Shown here: piece after piece, positions 37,965 to 47,292 of the stretch | Layout: the number at the start of each line of letters is the position of its first letter | Position numbering within the stretch: position 1 is the first letter of the stretch | Source of the DNA: an uncultured Gemmatimonadales bacterium | Lineage (GTDB): Bacteria; Gemmatimonadota; Gemmatimonadetes; Gemmatimonadales; GWC2-71-9 | Length of the DNA: 64,000 nucleotides | Assembly: GCA_963771275.1 (NCBI GenBank) | Contig: CAVYSW010000003.1 | Span: forward strand, 1,664,001 to 1,728,000 | Direction of reading: 5' to 3' | The notes under the pieces: generated by a model | Databases searched by the model: none | The model's input: the letters and a program-made list of their open reading frames with translations, nothing else | What the model was told of the DNA's origin: nothing | Program-made: the position numbers and the translations under genes

Positions 37965-39037
37965 CGCGGCCGGGCAGCGCGGCTGGCGCGGGGCCCCGTC
38001 CGGACGGCGGGGCCCCGTCGCTTTCGGCTCTCGCCGCGCCGCCGCCGGCGCATCACCGGCCCGACGGACGGTTCCGCAACCCATGGCCCGACGCCGAGCC
38101 ACGCGGTCTCAGCGCGGTGCTGCGCTGGGGCGTCCAGCGCCTGGTGCACGGCGTGGCGGCCGACCGCGACCCGCCCCCAGCCCCGCCCCCGGCCACGGTT
38201 CCCGAACCGCCGGCGCGGCCCGGGTCCCCGCCGGATGGCGCGGTGGCCGTGACGTGGATCGGTCACGCCACGGCGCTCGTGCGGCTCGCCGGCCGCACCG
38301 TGCTCACCGACCCGATGTTCGGCGCGCGGGCATCGCCCGTGCGCTTCGCCGGCCCCCGCCGACGGGTGCCGCCCGGCGTGCCGCTCGCCGAGCTGCCGCC
38401 CGTCCACACCGTGCTGCTGTCCCACAACCACTACGACCACCTCGACGCGCCGAGCGTGCGGCGGATCGCCCGGCGCTGGCCCGCGGCGGAGTGGCACGTC
38501 CCGCTGCGGCTCGCGCGGCTGATCCGCTCGCTGGGGGCGCGCAGAGTCGTGGAGCAGGATTGGTGGCAGGAAGAGACGTCCGGTCCGCTGGTGGTGACCG
38601 CCACCCCGGCGCAGCACTTCAGCGCGCGCACCCCGTTCGACCGCGATCGGACCCTGTGGTGCGGGTGGGTGATCGCCGCGGGGGAACGGCGCGTCTTCTT
38701 CGCGGGCGATACGGGCTACCACCCGGCGTTCGGCGACATTGCCCGGCGCCTGGGACCGTTCGACGCCGCCCTGCTTCCGATCGGCGCCTACGAGCCGCGC
38801 TGGTTCATGCGACCGGCGCACATGAACCCGGAGGAAGCCGTCCGGGCTTTTGGCGACCTGCAGCGCGCCGCGGGGGCGCGCGTGCTCGTCCCGGTGCACT
38901 GGGGCACGTTCAAGCTCACCGACGAGCCGCTGGACGAGCCGCCACGGCGGGCACGCGCCGCCTGGGAGGCCGCCGCCCTGCCGCCCGACGCGCTCTGCCT
39001 GCTGCGTCCCGGTGAGACGCGTGTCCTCCCGGGGTAG
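37961..39037 (+). CDS. MBL-fold metallo-hydrolase (NAPE-PLD/RomA-like)
   Basis: [53 protein letters not shown]. Confidence 0.9.
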   Translation: MTRPGSAAGAGPRPDGGAPSLSALAAPPPAHHRPDGRFRNPWPDAEPRGLSAVLRWGVQRLVHGVAADRDPPPAPPPATVPEPPARPGSPPDGAVAVTWIGHATALVRLAGRTVLTDPMFGARASPVRFAGPRRRVPPGVPLAELPPVHTVLLSHNHYDHLDAPSVRRIARRWPAAEWHVPLRLARLIRSLGARRVVEQDWWQEETSGPLVVTATPAQHFSARTPFDRDRTLWCGWVIAAGERRVFFAGDTGYHPAFGDIARRLGPFDAALLPIGAYEPRWFMRPAHMNPEEAVRAFGDLQRAAGARVLVPVHWGTFKLTDEPLDEPPRRARAAWEAAALPPDALCLLRPGETRVLPG

Positions 39038-39039
39038 CG

Positions 39040-39390
39040 CTACCCGTGGTCCACCCAGAGCCGCCAGGCGTCTTCGGCGGGCCCGAGCGACAGCCGCGGG
39101 CCGGAGCGGACCAGCGGCATGCGAAGCAGCAGCGGCTCCGCCGCAAGGCGGGTGAGCCAGCCGGCATCGCCGAGGCGGGCGGTGCCGAGGCCCAGCTCGG
39201 CGAACCGGCGGCTGTCGCGATCGACCAGCGCCGCCACACCGAACCGCTGCGCGAAGCGCCGCAGCTCCCCCGGGGACGCCGCGCGGACGGCGAAGTCCAC
39301 GAAGTGCACCGTGACCCGCCGCTCGGCAAAGAACCGCAGCGCCTTGCGCGTGTCGGCGCTCTTCCTGACCCCGAAGACTTGGACCTCCAT
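39040..39390 (-). CDS. ArsC/Spx/YffB-fold protein lacking cysteine
   Basis: [13 protein letters not shown]-terminus and [10 protein letters not shown] motif. Confidence 0.72.
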   Translation of the reverse strand: MEVQVFGVRKSADTRKALRFFAERRVTVHFVDFAVRAASPGELRRFAQRFGVAALVDRDSRRFAELGLGTARLGDAGWLTRLAAEPLLLRMPLVRSGPRLSLGPAEDAWRLWVDHG

Positions 39391-39450
39391 GCGCCCTCCC
39401 GGGAACCCCACCGCCCTGCGCCGTGTTCATCTGGCGGCTGGAGGTTGACC

Positions 39451-39855
39451 ATGACCGACAAGATCGTCAAGCAGGACCGGGAATGGGCGGCGCAGCTCAC
39501 CCCCGAGCAATACCGCGTCACCCGACGGAAAGGCACCGAGCCGGCGTTCAGCGGCGCGCTCTGGAAGACCAAGGCACCCGGGCGGTACCGCTGTGTGTGC
39601 TGCGGGGCCGAGTTGTTCGCGTCGGACGCCAAGTTCGATTCGGGCACCGGCTGGCCGAGCTTCTCGACCCCCGCCAACCCGGCACACATCGGCACGGAGC
39701 GCGACGCGAGTCTCGGCATGGCGCGGACGGAGGTCCATTGCGCGCGCTGCGACGCACACCTGGGGCACGTGTTCCCCGATGGCCCGGCGCCGACGGGGCT
39801 GCGCTACTGCATCAACTCCGCGTCCCTCGCGTTCACGCCCGACCCGGAGGGGTGA
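39451..39855 (+). CDS. msrB: Peptide-methionine (R)-S-oxide reductase
   Basis: [51 protein letters not shown]. Confidence 0.96.
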   Translation: MTDKIVKQDREWAAQLTPEQYRVTRRKGTEPAFSGALWKTKAPGRYRCVCCGAELFASDAKFDSGTGWPSFSTPANPAHIGTERDASLGMARTEVHCARCDAHLGHVFPDGPAPTGLRYCINSASLAFTPDPEG

Positions 39856-39935
39856 GCCGGGAGAGGTCGGGCAGCGTCCGCGGCAGGGCGCGGCCGGCAT
39901 TGCACTTTGCAGGGGCGGAATCGATACTTTAGCCC

Positions 39936-41603
39936 ATGCAGGCAGTCGAGGCTCCCCGTCGAAGCGCGGCGCAGCGCATCGAGGCCTCGTTCCCCCGCCC
40001 GCTCGGCATCCTGCAGTGGGTCTACGTCGGGCGGGTCCTTGTCGCCCTCGCGGTGTTCGCCGCGGCGGCGTTTTCGTTCCAGGCGGTCCATCCCGCCGTG
40101 CTCGTGGTCCTCGCCGTCGCGGCGCTGACCTCGCTCGCGATGAGCGGCGTTTCGGCGTTCTTCACGCACGTCCTCCGCCGGCACGCCGGGCGCAGCTTCC
40201 TGTACGCGCAGGCGCTCTTCGATCTCGCGCTCATCACCACGGTCGTCCACGTGACCGGCGGGCCGGAGAGCAATTTCATCCCGCTCTACATCCTGGTGAT
40301 CGCGGTCGCGGCCGTGCTGCTGCCGCTGTGGTCGGGCCTGCTGGTGACGTTCCTGGCCAGCGCCCTCCTGATCGCGGATGCCGTGCTGGGCTATCCCGCC
40401 GAGCTGGGCGTCGCCCTGTGGCTGCAGATCGCGGTGTTCATCGCCGTCGCCGTGACCACGGGCTGGGTAGTGAGCCGGGTGGGGGTGATCGGGCGGGAAC
40501 GCGAGGTGTTGCAGCAGGAGGTCCGCCGGCTGCAGCTGGAGGCCGGCGACATCCTCCGCCACATCGGGAGCGGCGTCATGACCGTCGACGGCGACGGGAA
40601 CCTGCTGTTCGCCAATCCCGCCGCCGAGACGCTGCTCTCGCTCAACGCCGCCACCCTGATGGGCCGACCGGTCATGGCGCTGCTGGATACTCGCTCACCC
40701 GAGCTGGCGCACGCGATCGCGGTGACCCAGCAGGAGGATCGGCGACGCCAGCGGGCGGAAGGGCGCGTGACGGCCGGCGGCCGCTCGTTCGCCATCGGGA
40801 TGACGACCACGGCGCTCGAGGTGCCGGACGGCGGCGTGCCGACGGTGACCGCCATCTTCACCGACATCTCGGACCAGAAGCGCATCGAAGAGCTGCATCT
40901 GCGCGCCCAGCGCCTCGAGGCGGTGGCGGAGCTGTCGGCATCGCTCGCCCACGAGATCAAGAACCCCCTGGCCTCGATCCGCTCCTCGGTCGAGCAGCTG
41001 GCCCGCGTCGTGCAAGGCGGCGAGGACGAGCGCTTCCTCGTCCAGCTCGTGCTGCGGGAGAGCGACCGGTTGAACCGGCTGCTCAACGAGTTCCTCGAGT
41101 TCTCGCGCGTGCACGTGGCGCTCTCGCAACCGGTGGATCTCGCGGCCGTGGCGCAGGCGGCGGCGGACGTCGTGCGCCAGCATCCCGCCTGCACGGCGGA
41201 GACGGAGATCCGGGTCAGCGGGACCGTGCCGCCGATCGACGGCGACGAGGACCTGCTCCACCGCGTCGTCGCCAACCTGCTGCTCAACGCGGTGCAGGCC
41301 GCCGCGGGTCGGGTGACCATCTCCGTGGAGCTGCGGCCGGCCCGCCAGGCCGATCTGCCATCGGGGGTCGGTCTGGAATCGGCCGTGCTGCTCCGCGTCT
41401 CCGACGACGGCCCGGGCATTCCGGCCGAGCTGCGCGAGCGGCTGTTCGACCCCTTCGTGACGGGCCGCGCGGGCGGCTCCGGTCTCGGCCTCGCCGTCGT
41501 CCACCGTGCCGTCCAGGCCCACCGGGGCGTGATCCTGGTGGACTCCGGGCCCGACCGCGGCACCGCCTTCACGATCCTGTTCCCGGCGCCCGAGCGCCGC
41601 TGA
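39936..41603 (+). CDS. pilS: Membrane PAS histidine kinase, PilS-like
   Basis: Six N-terminal TMs, PAS, AHEIKNPL, NLLLNA, DDGPGI, GLGLA; position upstream of the pilin genes. Confidence 0.8.
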   Translation: MQAVEAPRRSAAQRIEASFPRPLGILQWVYVGRVLVALAVFAAAAFSFQAVHPAVLVVLAVAALTSLAMSGVSAFFTHVLRRHAGRSFLYAQALFDLALITTVVHVTGGPESNFIPLYILVIAVAAVLLPLWSGLLVTFLASALLIADAVLGYPAELGVALWLQIAVFIAVAVTTGWVVSRVGVIGREREVLQQEVRRLQLEAGDILRHIGSGVMTVDGDGNLLFANPAAETLLSLNAATLMGRPVMALLDTRSPELAHAIAVTQQEDRRRQRAEGRVTAGGRSFAIGMTTTALEVPDGGVPTVTAIFTDISDQKRIEELHLRAQRLEAVAELSASLAHEIKNPLASIRSSVEQLARVVQGGEDERFLVQLVLRESDRLNRLLNEFLEFSRVHVALSQPVDLAAVAQAAADVVRQHPACTAETEIRVSGTVPPIDGDEDLLHRVVANLLLNAVQAAAGRVTISVELRPARQADLPSGVGLESAVLLRVSDDGPGIPAELRERLFDPFVTGRAGGSGLGLAVVHRAVQAHRGVILVDSGPDRGTAFTILFPAPERR

Positions 41604-41612
41604 GGACGAGGC

Positions 41613-42992
41613 ATGACCACCACCCAGCCCTCGGTGCTCGTCATCGACGATGAATCCGGCATTCTCGACACGCTGCGCATTCTGCTGAAGAACTCGGGCT
41701 TCGTGGTCGAGACCGCGCAAGGCGGCAAGCCCGGCCTCGATGCGTTGCGCGCGACGAGCCCCGATATCGTGCTCACCGACATCCGGATGCCGCAGGTGTC
41801 GGGGATCGACATCCTCGAGGCCGTCAAGCAGCAGGATCCGCAGACGCCCGTGGTCCTGATGACCGCGCAGGCGGAGCTGAAGTCGGCCATCCAGGCGGTC
41901 AATCGTGGCGCCTTCTATTACATCCTGAAGCCGTTCGCCAACGACGAGCTGGTCGCGATCCTGCGCCGGGCCGCGGAAACGCGGGCGCTGCGGTCCGAGA
42001 ACCTCCACCTCAAGCGCGAGATCCGGCGGCGGGATCGCCACAGCGGCGTCGTGCCGATCGGCAGGGCGAAACGGTTCGTCGAGGTCATCACGCTGGCCGA
42101 GCAGGTCGCGCCGACCGAGTCCACGGTCCTGATCCAGGGCGAGAGCGGCACGGGCAAGGAAGTCGTGGCCCGGTACCTCCACGAGCTCTCGGCCCGGAGC
42201 GAGGGGCCGTTCTTCTCGATCAACTGCGGCGCGCTACCGGAGAGCCTGCTCGAGTCGGAGCTGTTCGGCCACGTCAAAGGGGCCTTCACCGGCGCGGTGC
42301 GGGACAAGCAGGGGCTGTTCGCCGCGGCCCGGGGCGGGACGTTCTTCCTCGACGAGATCGCCGAGATGAAGCCGTCCACCCAGGTGAAGCTGTTGCGCGT
42401 GCTGCAGGAGCGCGAGGCCCTGCCCGTGGGTGGCGTCGAGCCGATCCCGGTGGACGTGCGGGTGATCGCGGCGACCAACAAGGACATCGAGGAGGAGATC
42501 CGCCGCGGGGCGTTTCGCTCCGACCTCTTCTATCGCCTCAACGTCATCGCGATGCAGCTGCCGCCGCTGCGGGAGCGGCGGGAGGACATCCCCCTCCTGG
42601 CGGAGGCGTTCCTCCAGCGGGTCGCCCAAGAACGTGAGCTCGCGCCGGTGCGGCTGGCGCCGGAAGCGCTGGACGCGATCATGGCGTACGACTGGCCCGG
42701 CAACGTGCGCGAGCTGGAGAACGCGCTCGAGCATGCCGCGATTCTCGCGCGCAACGAGGAAATCGCGCCCGACTGCCTGCCGGAGCGGATCACGGCGCGC
42801 CGCGCGGAGCCGCTCGTGGGCGAGAAGGCGCACGACAACCCCACGTTGGAGCACATCGAGCGCGCCTACATCATGTGGGTGCTGCAGAACGAAGGCGGCA
42901 ACAAGAGCCGGGCGGCGCAGGTGCTGGGCATCGATCCGTCGACCCTGTACCGCAAGCTGTCGCGCTACGACGCGGTGGACCCGGAGGAATAG
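41613..42992 (+). CDS. pilR: Sigma54-dependent response regulator, PilR-like
   Basis: REC domain, GESGTGKE, ESELFGHVKGAFTGA, WPGNVRELEN, Fis HTH. Confidence 0.82.
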   Translation: MTTTQPSVLVIDDESGILDTLRILLKNSGFVVETAQGGKPGLDALRATSPDIVLTDIRMPQVSGIDILEAVKQQDPQTPVVLMTAQAELKSAIQAVNRGAFYYILKPFANDELVAILRRAAETRALRSENLHLKREIRRRDRHSGVVPIGRAKRFVEVITLAEQVAPTESTVLIQGESGTGKEVVARYLHELSARSEGPFFSINCGALPESLLESELFGHVKGAFTGAVRDKQGLFAAARGGTFFLDEIAEMKPSTQVKLLRVLQEREALPVGGVEPIPVDVRVIAATNKDIEEEIRRGAFRSDLFYRLNVIAMQLPPLRERREDIPLLAEAFLQRVAQERELAPVRLAPEALDAIMAYDWPGNVRELENALEHAAILARNEEIAPDCLPERITARRAEPLVGEKAHDNPTLEHIERAYIMWVLQNEGGNKSRAAQVLGIDPSTLYRKLSRYDAVDPEE

Positions 42993-43048
42993 GCGGATCG
43001 GCGGGGTGGCGAACCGCAAACGCCCTTGCAAATAGCAGGATTCCAGGT

Positions 43049-43076
43049 GGGGGCCGGGGGGGTCTCGGGGGGGGGG
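43049..43076 (+). other. G5-G7-G10 tract cluster (G-quadruplex-capable, slippage-prone)
   Basis: ggggg-cc-ggggggg-tctc-gggggggggg. Confidence 0.7.
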
Positions 43077-43129
43077 CACCTGCCGTATCTCGAAGTCGGG
43101 CCGCGTCTTGCGGTCCTCGGCGCGGCAGG

Positions 43130-43144
43130 TGGCATGTCGGTTGC
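43130..43144 (+). promoter_or_regulatory. Sigma54 -24/-12 promoter of the major pilin
   Basis: TGGCATG-TCGG-TTGC matches TGGCACG-N4-TTGC; just downstream of a sigma54 activator gene. Confidence 0.85.
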
Positions 43145-43219
43145 CTTATCCGGATCCGAAGGGAACGCATGCCCCGGGAGAAACCCGAGGGGAGAGAACA
43201 CTCAACACGAGGAGTCGCA

Positions 43220-43636
43220 ATGCTGCGCAACACCAAGGGCTTCACCCTCATCGAGCTGCTGATCGTCGTCGTGATCATCGGCATCCTGGCGGCGATCGCA
43301 ATCCCGAAGTTCGCGAGCACGAAGGAGAAGGCATACCTGGCCTCGATGAAGTCCGACCTTCGTAACGGCGCGACCGCCCAGGAAGGCTACTTCGCCGACA
43401 ACCAGGTGTACCTCAGCGGCGTCGCCAGCAATCTGGCCGGTGTGGCGACCCCGCTCGCCGCCATGGGCAACTTTACGCCCTCGGCTGGCGTGACGATCAC
43501 TTTCACCGCGACCGGTGGCACGGGCTGGAGCGCCGTCACGACGCACAGCGCGACCGCCAAGACCTGCGCCATCTTCATCAACGTGGCCGCGGTGGCCCCG
43601 GCGACGGTCGACGGCGAGCCGAAGTGCACGCCGTAA
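43220..43636 (+). CDS. pilA: Type IV major pilin
   Basis: KG|FTLIELLIVVVIIGILAAIAIP, GAGGAG RBS, C-terminal Cys pair, own sigma54 promoter and terminator. Confidence 0.9.
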   Translation: MLRNTKGFTLIELLIVVVIIGILAAIAIPKFASTKEKAYLASMKSDLRNGATAQEGYFADNQVYLSGVASNLAGVATPLAAMGNFTPSAGVTITFTATGGTGWSAVTTHSATAKTCAIFINVAAVAPATVDGEPKCTP

Positions 43637-43663
43637 TCGCGGACCGCACACGCTGATCCTGGG

Positions 43664-43699
43664 AACGGGCGGCGGTCGTATCTGGCTGCCGCCCGTTTC
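43664..43699 (+). terminator. Intrinsic terminator after pilA
   Basis: aacgggcggcggtc...ggctgccgcccgtt followed by tct. Confidence 0.72.
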
Positions 43700-43727
43700 T
43701 CTGAGACTCACACGGGGAGGCCTGATC

Positions 43728-44144
43728 ATGTACGGCGCAGTGCCGACCATCACGTGGTCCGACCGGCGTGGCTTCACGCTGATTGAGCTGATGATTGTGG
43801 TGGTGATCATCGGGATCCTCGCCGCCATCGCGATCCCCAAGTTCGCCAGCACGAAGGAGAAGGCGTACCTGGCCACGATGAAGTCCGATCTCCGGAACCT
43901 GGCCACCCAGGAGGAGAGCTACTACTACGATAACAGCGTGTACTACGGCGGCGCGGTGCCCAACGCGGCCCTCGGTTTCTCCGCTTCGAGTCCCGTGACG
44001 ATCACGGTGACCAACGCGACTGCTGCGGGCTGGTCCGCCACGGCGACCCACCCCGGGGCGCCGGGAAAGACCTGCGCGCTGTTCTACGGCTCCGCGCCGG
44101 CGGTGGCGCCGGCGGTCACTGAGGGCCTGGTGGCGTGCAACTGA
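43728..44144 (+). CDS. Second type IV pilin paralogue
   Basis: RG|FTLIELMIVVVIIGILAAIAIPKFASTKEKAYLATMKSDLRN, near-identical to the pilA N-terminus; C-terminal Cys pair. Confidence 0.9.
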   Translation: MYGAVPTITWSDRRGFTLIELMIVVVIIGILAAIAIPKFASTKEKAYLATMKSDLRNLATQEESYYYDNSVYYGGAVPNAALGFSASSPVTITVTNATAAGWSATATHPGAPGKTCALFYGSAPAVAPAVTEGLVACN

Positions 44145-44163
44145 GCCGCCCACCGCAGAGTGG

Positions 44164-44198
44164 CGGGTGACCGGGGGTCCGGTCACCCGTTTTTGTTT
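44164..44198 (+). terminator. Intrinsic terminator after the second pilin
   Basis: cgggtgaccgg-gggt-ccggtcacccg followed by tttttgttt. Confidence 0.85.
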
Positions 44199-44212
44199 GA
44201 CAGATTCCCGCG

Positions 44213-45388
44213 ATGCCGACGACGCCTCGCTCCGGATCGCCCGCCCGCCCGGCCAAGCGCCTTGCCCGGGAGCTGCTGTGGAACCTCGGGCTGCTGACGG
44301 TGGCGGCATTGTCGCTCGCCATCGGGACGACCCTCGTGGCGCAAGCGCTCCGTCCCCGGTTTGCGCTCGTCGTCCTGCTGGCGCTGATCGTCGCCGACCT
44401 CGGCATCCTGTTCGTGTTCGGGCGCTACCTGATCGGACGCCTGGTGCTCGGGCCGATGCGGGCCCTGACCGACGCGGCCGACGCGATCGCGGGTGGTGAC
44501 CTAACCGTGCGGGCCCCCGCGGCCGAAACCGAGGAGTTCACGCGGCTCGCCGATCGCCTCAACGACATGACGGAGGCGCTGCTCGACGTGCAGAGCCAGC
44601 TGGTCCGGGCGGAGAAGCTCGCCGGCATCGGTCGGCTCGCGGCGGGTGTGGCGCACGAAATCGGGAACCCCCTCGCGGCGATCGGCACCTACGTGGAGGT
44701 GCTGCGCCGCCGCCGGGCGGCGCCGGACCTCACGGACGATCTCGCCCGGGAAGCAGAGCGCATCGATCAGATCGTGCGCGGGCTGCTGGCGTACGCGCGC
44801 TCGGAAGAGGCCGCAACGGGCGCGCTCGATGTCGGGGGCGTCGTGCAGGGGGTGGTCGCCCTGCTCGAGCGTCAGGGAACGCTCAAGGCGCGTGACGTAC
44901 GTGTGGAGATCGCCGCGGCCGCGCCGCCGGTCTGGGGACGGCCCCACGCGCTGGAGCAGGTCCTGGTGAACCTCCTGCTCAACGCCCTCGACGCCGGCCC
45001 TGACGGGGCGGTGACGGTACGGGTGGTCGGAGGACCGTACGCGCCGGCGCCAGGGACGGAGACGCGCCGCAGCGATACGGGCGCGACTCCGCCGCCCCGC
45101 CGGCCCGCCTCCCGCCGCCCGCGTCGGCCCGATCTCCCTGCGGGCACGCCGGGCGTGCTGGTGGTGGTCTCTGACCAGGGACCCGGCGTGGCGGAGGCCG
45201 AGCGCGAGCGGATCTTCGATCCGTTCTACACCACCAAGCCGCCCGGCGCCGGCACGGGGCTCGGGCTCGCCATCGTCCAGCGCATCGTGGACGAGATGGG
45301 CGGGCTCGTGTGGGTCGAGGATGCGCGCGGCGGCGGCGCGGCGTTCAAGGTGTTTCTTCCGGTGGCGGCGCAGGGAGGGGAGCCATGA
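44213..45388 (+). CDS. HAMP-domain histidine kinase with almost no periplasmic loop
   Basis: Two adjacent TMs, HAMP, AHEIGNPL, FDPFYTTK, GTGLGL. Confidence 0.9.
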   Translation: MPTTPRSGSPARPAKRLARELLWNLGLLTVAALSLAIGTTLVAQALRPRFALVVLLALIVADLGILFVFGRYLIGRLVLGPMRALTDAADAIAGGDLTVRAPAAETEEFTRLADRLNDMTEALLDVQSQLVRAEKLAGIGRLAAGVAHEIGNPLAAIGTYVEVLRRRRAAPDLTDDLAREAERIDQIVRGLLAYARSEEAATGALDVGGVVQGVVALLERQGTLKARDVRVEIAAAAPPVWGRPHALEQVLVNLLLNALDAGPDGAVTVRVVGGPYAPAPGTETRRSDTGATPPPRRPASRRPRRPDLPAGTPGVLVVVSDQGPGVAEAERERIFDPFYTTKPPGAGTGLGLAIVQRIVDEMGGLVWVEDARGGGAAFKVFLPVAAQGGEP

Positions 45389-46734
45389 GAGTCCTCATCG
45401 TGGATGACGATCCGGGGCTGCGGAAATCGTTGTCCCTGCTGCTCGACGGGGACGGGCACGCGGTCGCGGCGGAGCAGGCGGCCGAGGCGGCGCTCACCCG
45501 GCTCCGCGCCGAGCGGTTCGACGTCGTGTTGTGCGACGTCCGGATGCCGGGCATGGACGGGCTGGAGTTCCTGCGCCGCTACCAGGCGCTCCGCGGCGAG
45601 GCGCTCGTGATCATGATGAGCGCCTACGGCGGCGAGGACGCGGCGATCGCGGCGATGAAGGAGGGCGCGTATGACTACCTCCCCAAGCCGTTTCGCTCCG
45701 ACGAAGTGCTGCTCACGCTCCGCAAGGCCGAAGAACGGGAGCGGCTCCGGGGGAGGGTGGCGACGCTCGAGGCCGAAGTCGCGCGGTTTCGCGAGCCCGA
45801 CGTGGTCACCGAGTCGACCGCCATGCGACGCGTCATGGACCTGGCCAGCCGGGTGGCGCCCCACGCGACCACCGTGCTCGTGACCGGGGAGAGCGGGACG
45901 GGCAAGGAGGTCCTGGCCCGCGCGATCCACCGCATGAGTCCGCGGCGCGACCAGGCGTTTGTCGCGGTGAACTGCGCCGCCATCCCGGAGGCGCTGCTCG
46001 AGTCCGAGCTGTTCGGCCATGCACGCGGCGCGTTCACCGGGGCGGTGGCGGACAAGCGGGGACTATTCGAGGAGGCCGACAAGGGCACCCTGCTGCTCGA
46101 TGAAGTCGGTGACTTGCCCCTGTCGCTGCAGGTGAAGCTCCTCCGGGTCCTGCAGGAGGGCACGATCCGCCGAGTGGGAGAGGCGCGGGAACGGCGCATC
46201 GACGTCCGGCTGATCGGCGCCACGGCCCGCAATCTCGACGCGGACGTCGGCGCGGGCCGGTTCCGGGAGGACCTGTTCTACCGCCTCAACGTCGTGCGCG
46301 TCCACATCCCTCCGCTGCGGGAGCGCGCCGAAGACCTCGAGCGCCTGGCGCTGGTACTGCTCCAGCGCGCCGGCGAGCGCGCGGGACGACGCGCGACATT
46401 CGCGCCGGACGTGATGTCGGCGCTGCGCGAGCAGCGGTGGCCGGGGAATGTCAGGGAGCTGGAGAACGCCATCGAGCGTGCGGTCGTGCTGTCGGCCGAT
46501 GGTGTCGTACGCGGCGAGGCGTTCCGGGATGTGGGGCGGGGTGTGCCGGCAGGTGGTCCAGCGCCGCCCGCCACCACCCCGGTCCGACTCAAGGACGCGG
46601 TGGCGCTGGCCGAGCGGGAGGCGATCGCCCACGCGCTCGCGGCCGCCCAGGGGAACCGGGAGCAGGCTGCCCAGACGCTCGGCGTGAGTCTCCGGACCCT
46701 GTACTACAAGCTGCGGGACGCCGGCCTGGAATGA
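45385..46734 (+). CDS. Second sigma54-dependent response regulator
   Basis: REC, GESGTGKE, GAFTGA, WPGNVRELEN, HTH. Confidence 0.92.
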   Translation: MRVLIVDDDPGLRKSLSLLLDGDGHAVAAEQAAEAALTRLRAERFDVVLCDVRMPGMDGLEFLRRYQALRGEALVIMMSAYGGEDAAIAAMKEGAYDYLPKPFRSDEVLLTLRKAEERERLRGRVATLEAEVARFREPDVVTESTAMRRVMDLASRVAPHATTVLVTGESGTGKEVLARAIHRMSPRRDQAFVAVNCAAIPEALLESELFGHARGAFTGAVADKRGLFEEADKGTLLLDEVGDLPLSLQVKLLRVLQEGTIRRVGEARERRIDVRLIGATARNLDADVGAGRFREDLFYRLNVVRVHIPPLRERAEDLERLALVLLQRAGERAGRRATFAPDVMSALREQRWPGNVRELENAIERAVVLSADGVVRGEAFRDVGRGVPAGGPAPPATTPVRLKDAVALAEREAIAHALAAAQGNREQAAQTLGVSLRTLYYKLRDAGLE

Positions 46735-46854
46735 GTGCAGGTGGCTGCACGAATGCGGGAACTTGCAGGGCCGGCCGGTTTGCGCAAGCGTCGCAAATTG
46801 TTCACTGACAACGTGTTGTGTGATGGCGCGATTCGTGTTACGTCCCCACTCGCC

Positions 46855-47292
46855 ATGGGAATGCCCTCCCGAATCCGTCTGGCCTCGCCGCGCTCGCCCT
46901 GGTGTCGATCCCGGCGGGACGACCGGGCTCGGCCCGCCGCTTGGCGGGACACACGAGGCTCGACGATCGTCGAGGTCCTGGTCGCGGTCATCATCCTGAG
47001 TGTGGGACTTCTCGGGCTGGTGACGACGGCCGGACTCGTGACCGGCATGATCGGGCAGGGGCAGCGGTACACCGAGGCCTCGGTCCTCGCCGGCGAACGG
47101 TTCGAGATCCTGCGGGCCCAGCGCTGTCCCAGTCCGGGGGCCGGCTCGGAGATCCGCGGGGCGTACACCGTGTCGTGGCAGATCACCGCGGTTGCGGGGG
47201 GCCGCGGCAGGCAGTTCGCGGTCACGGTCCAGTCGCCGACGGGGCGGGGAACGCGGACGGCGCTGTTCACCACCACGGAGTTTTGCCCGTGA
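46855..47292 (+). CDS. Minor pilin, PilV-like (start uncertain)
   Basis: RG|STIVEVLVAVIILSVGLLGL. Confidence 0.78.
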   Translation: MGMPSRIRLASPRSPWCRSRRDDRARPAAWRDTRGSTIVEVLVAVIILSVGLLGLVTTAGLVTGMIGQGQRYTEASVLAGERFEILRAQRCPSPGAGSEIRGAYTVSWQITAVAGGRGRQFAVTVQSPTGRGTRTALFTTTEFCP

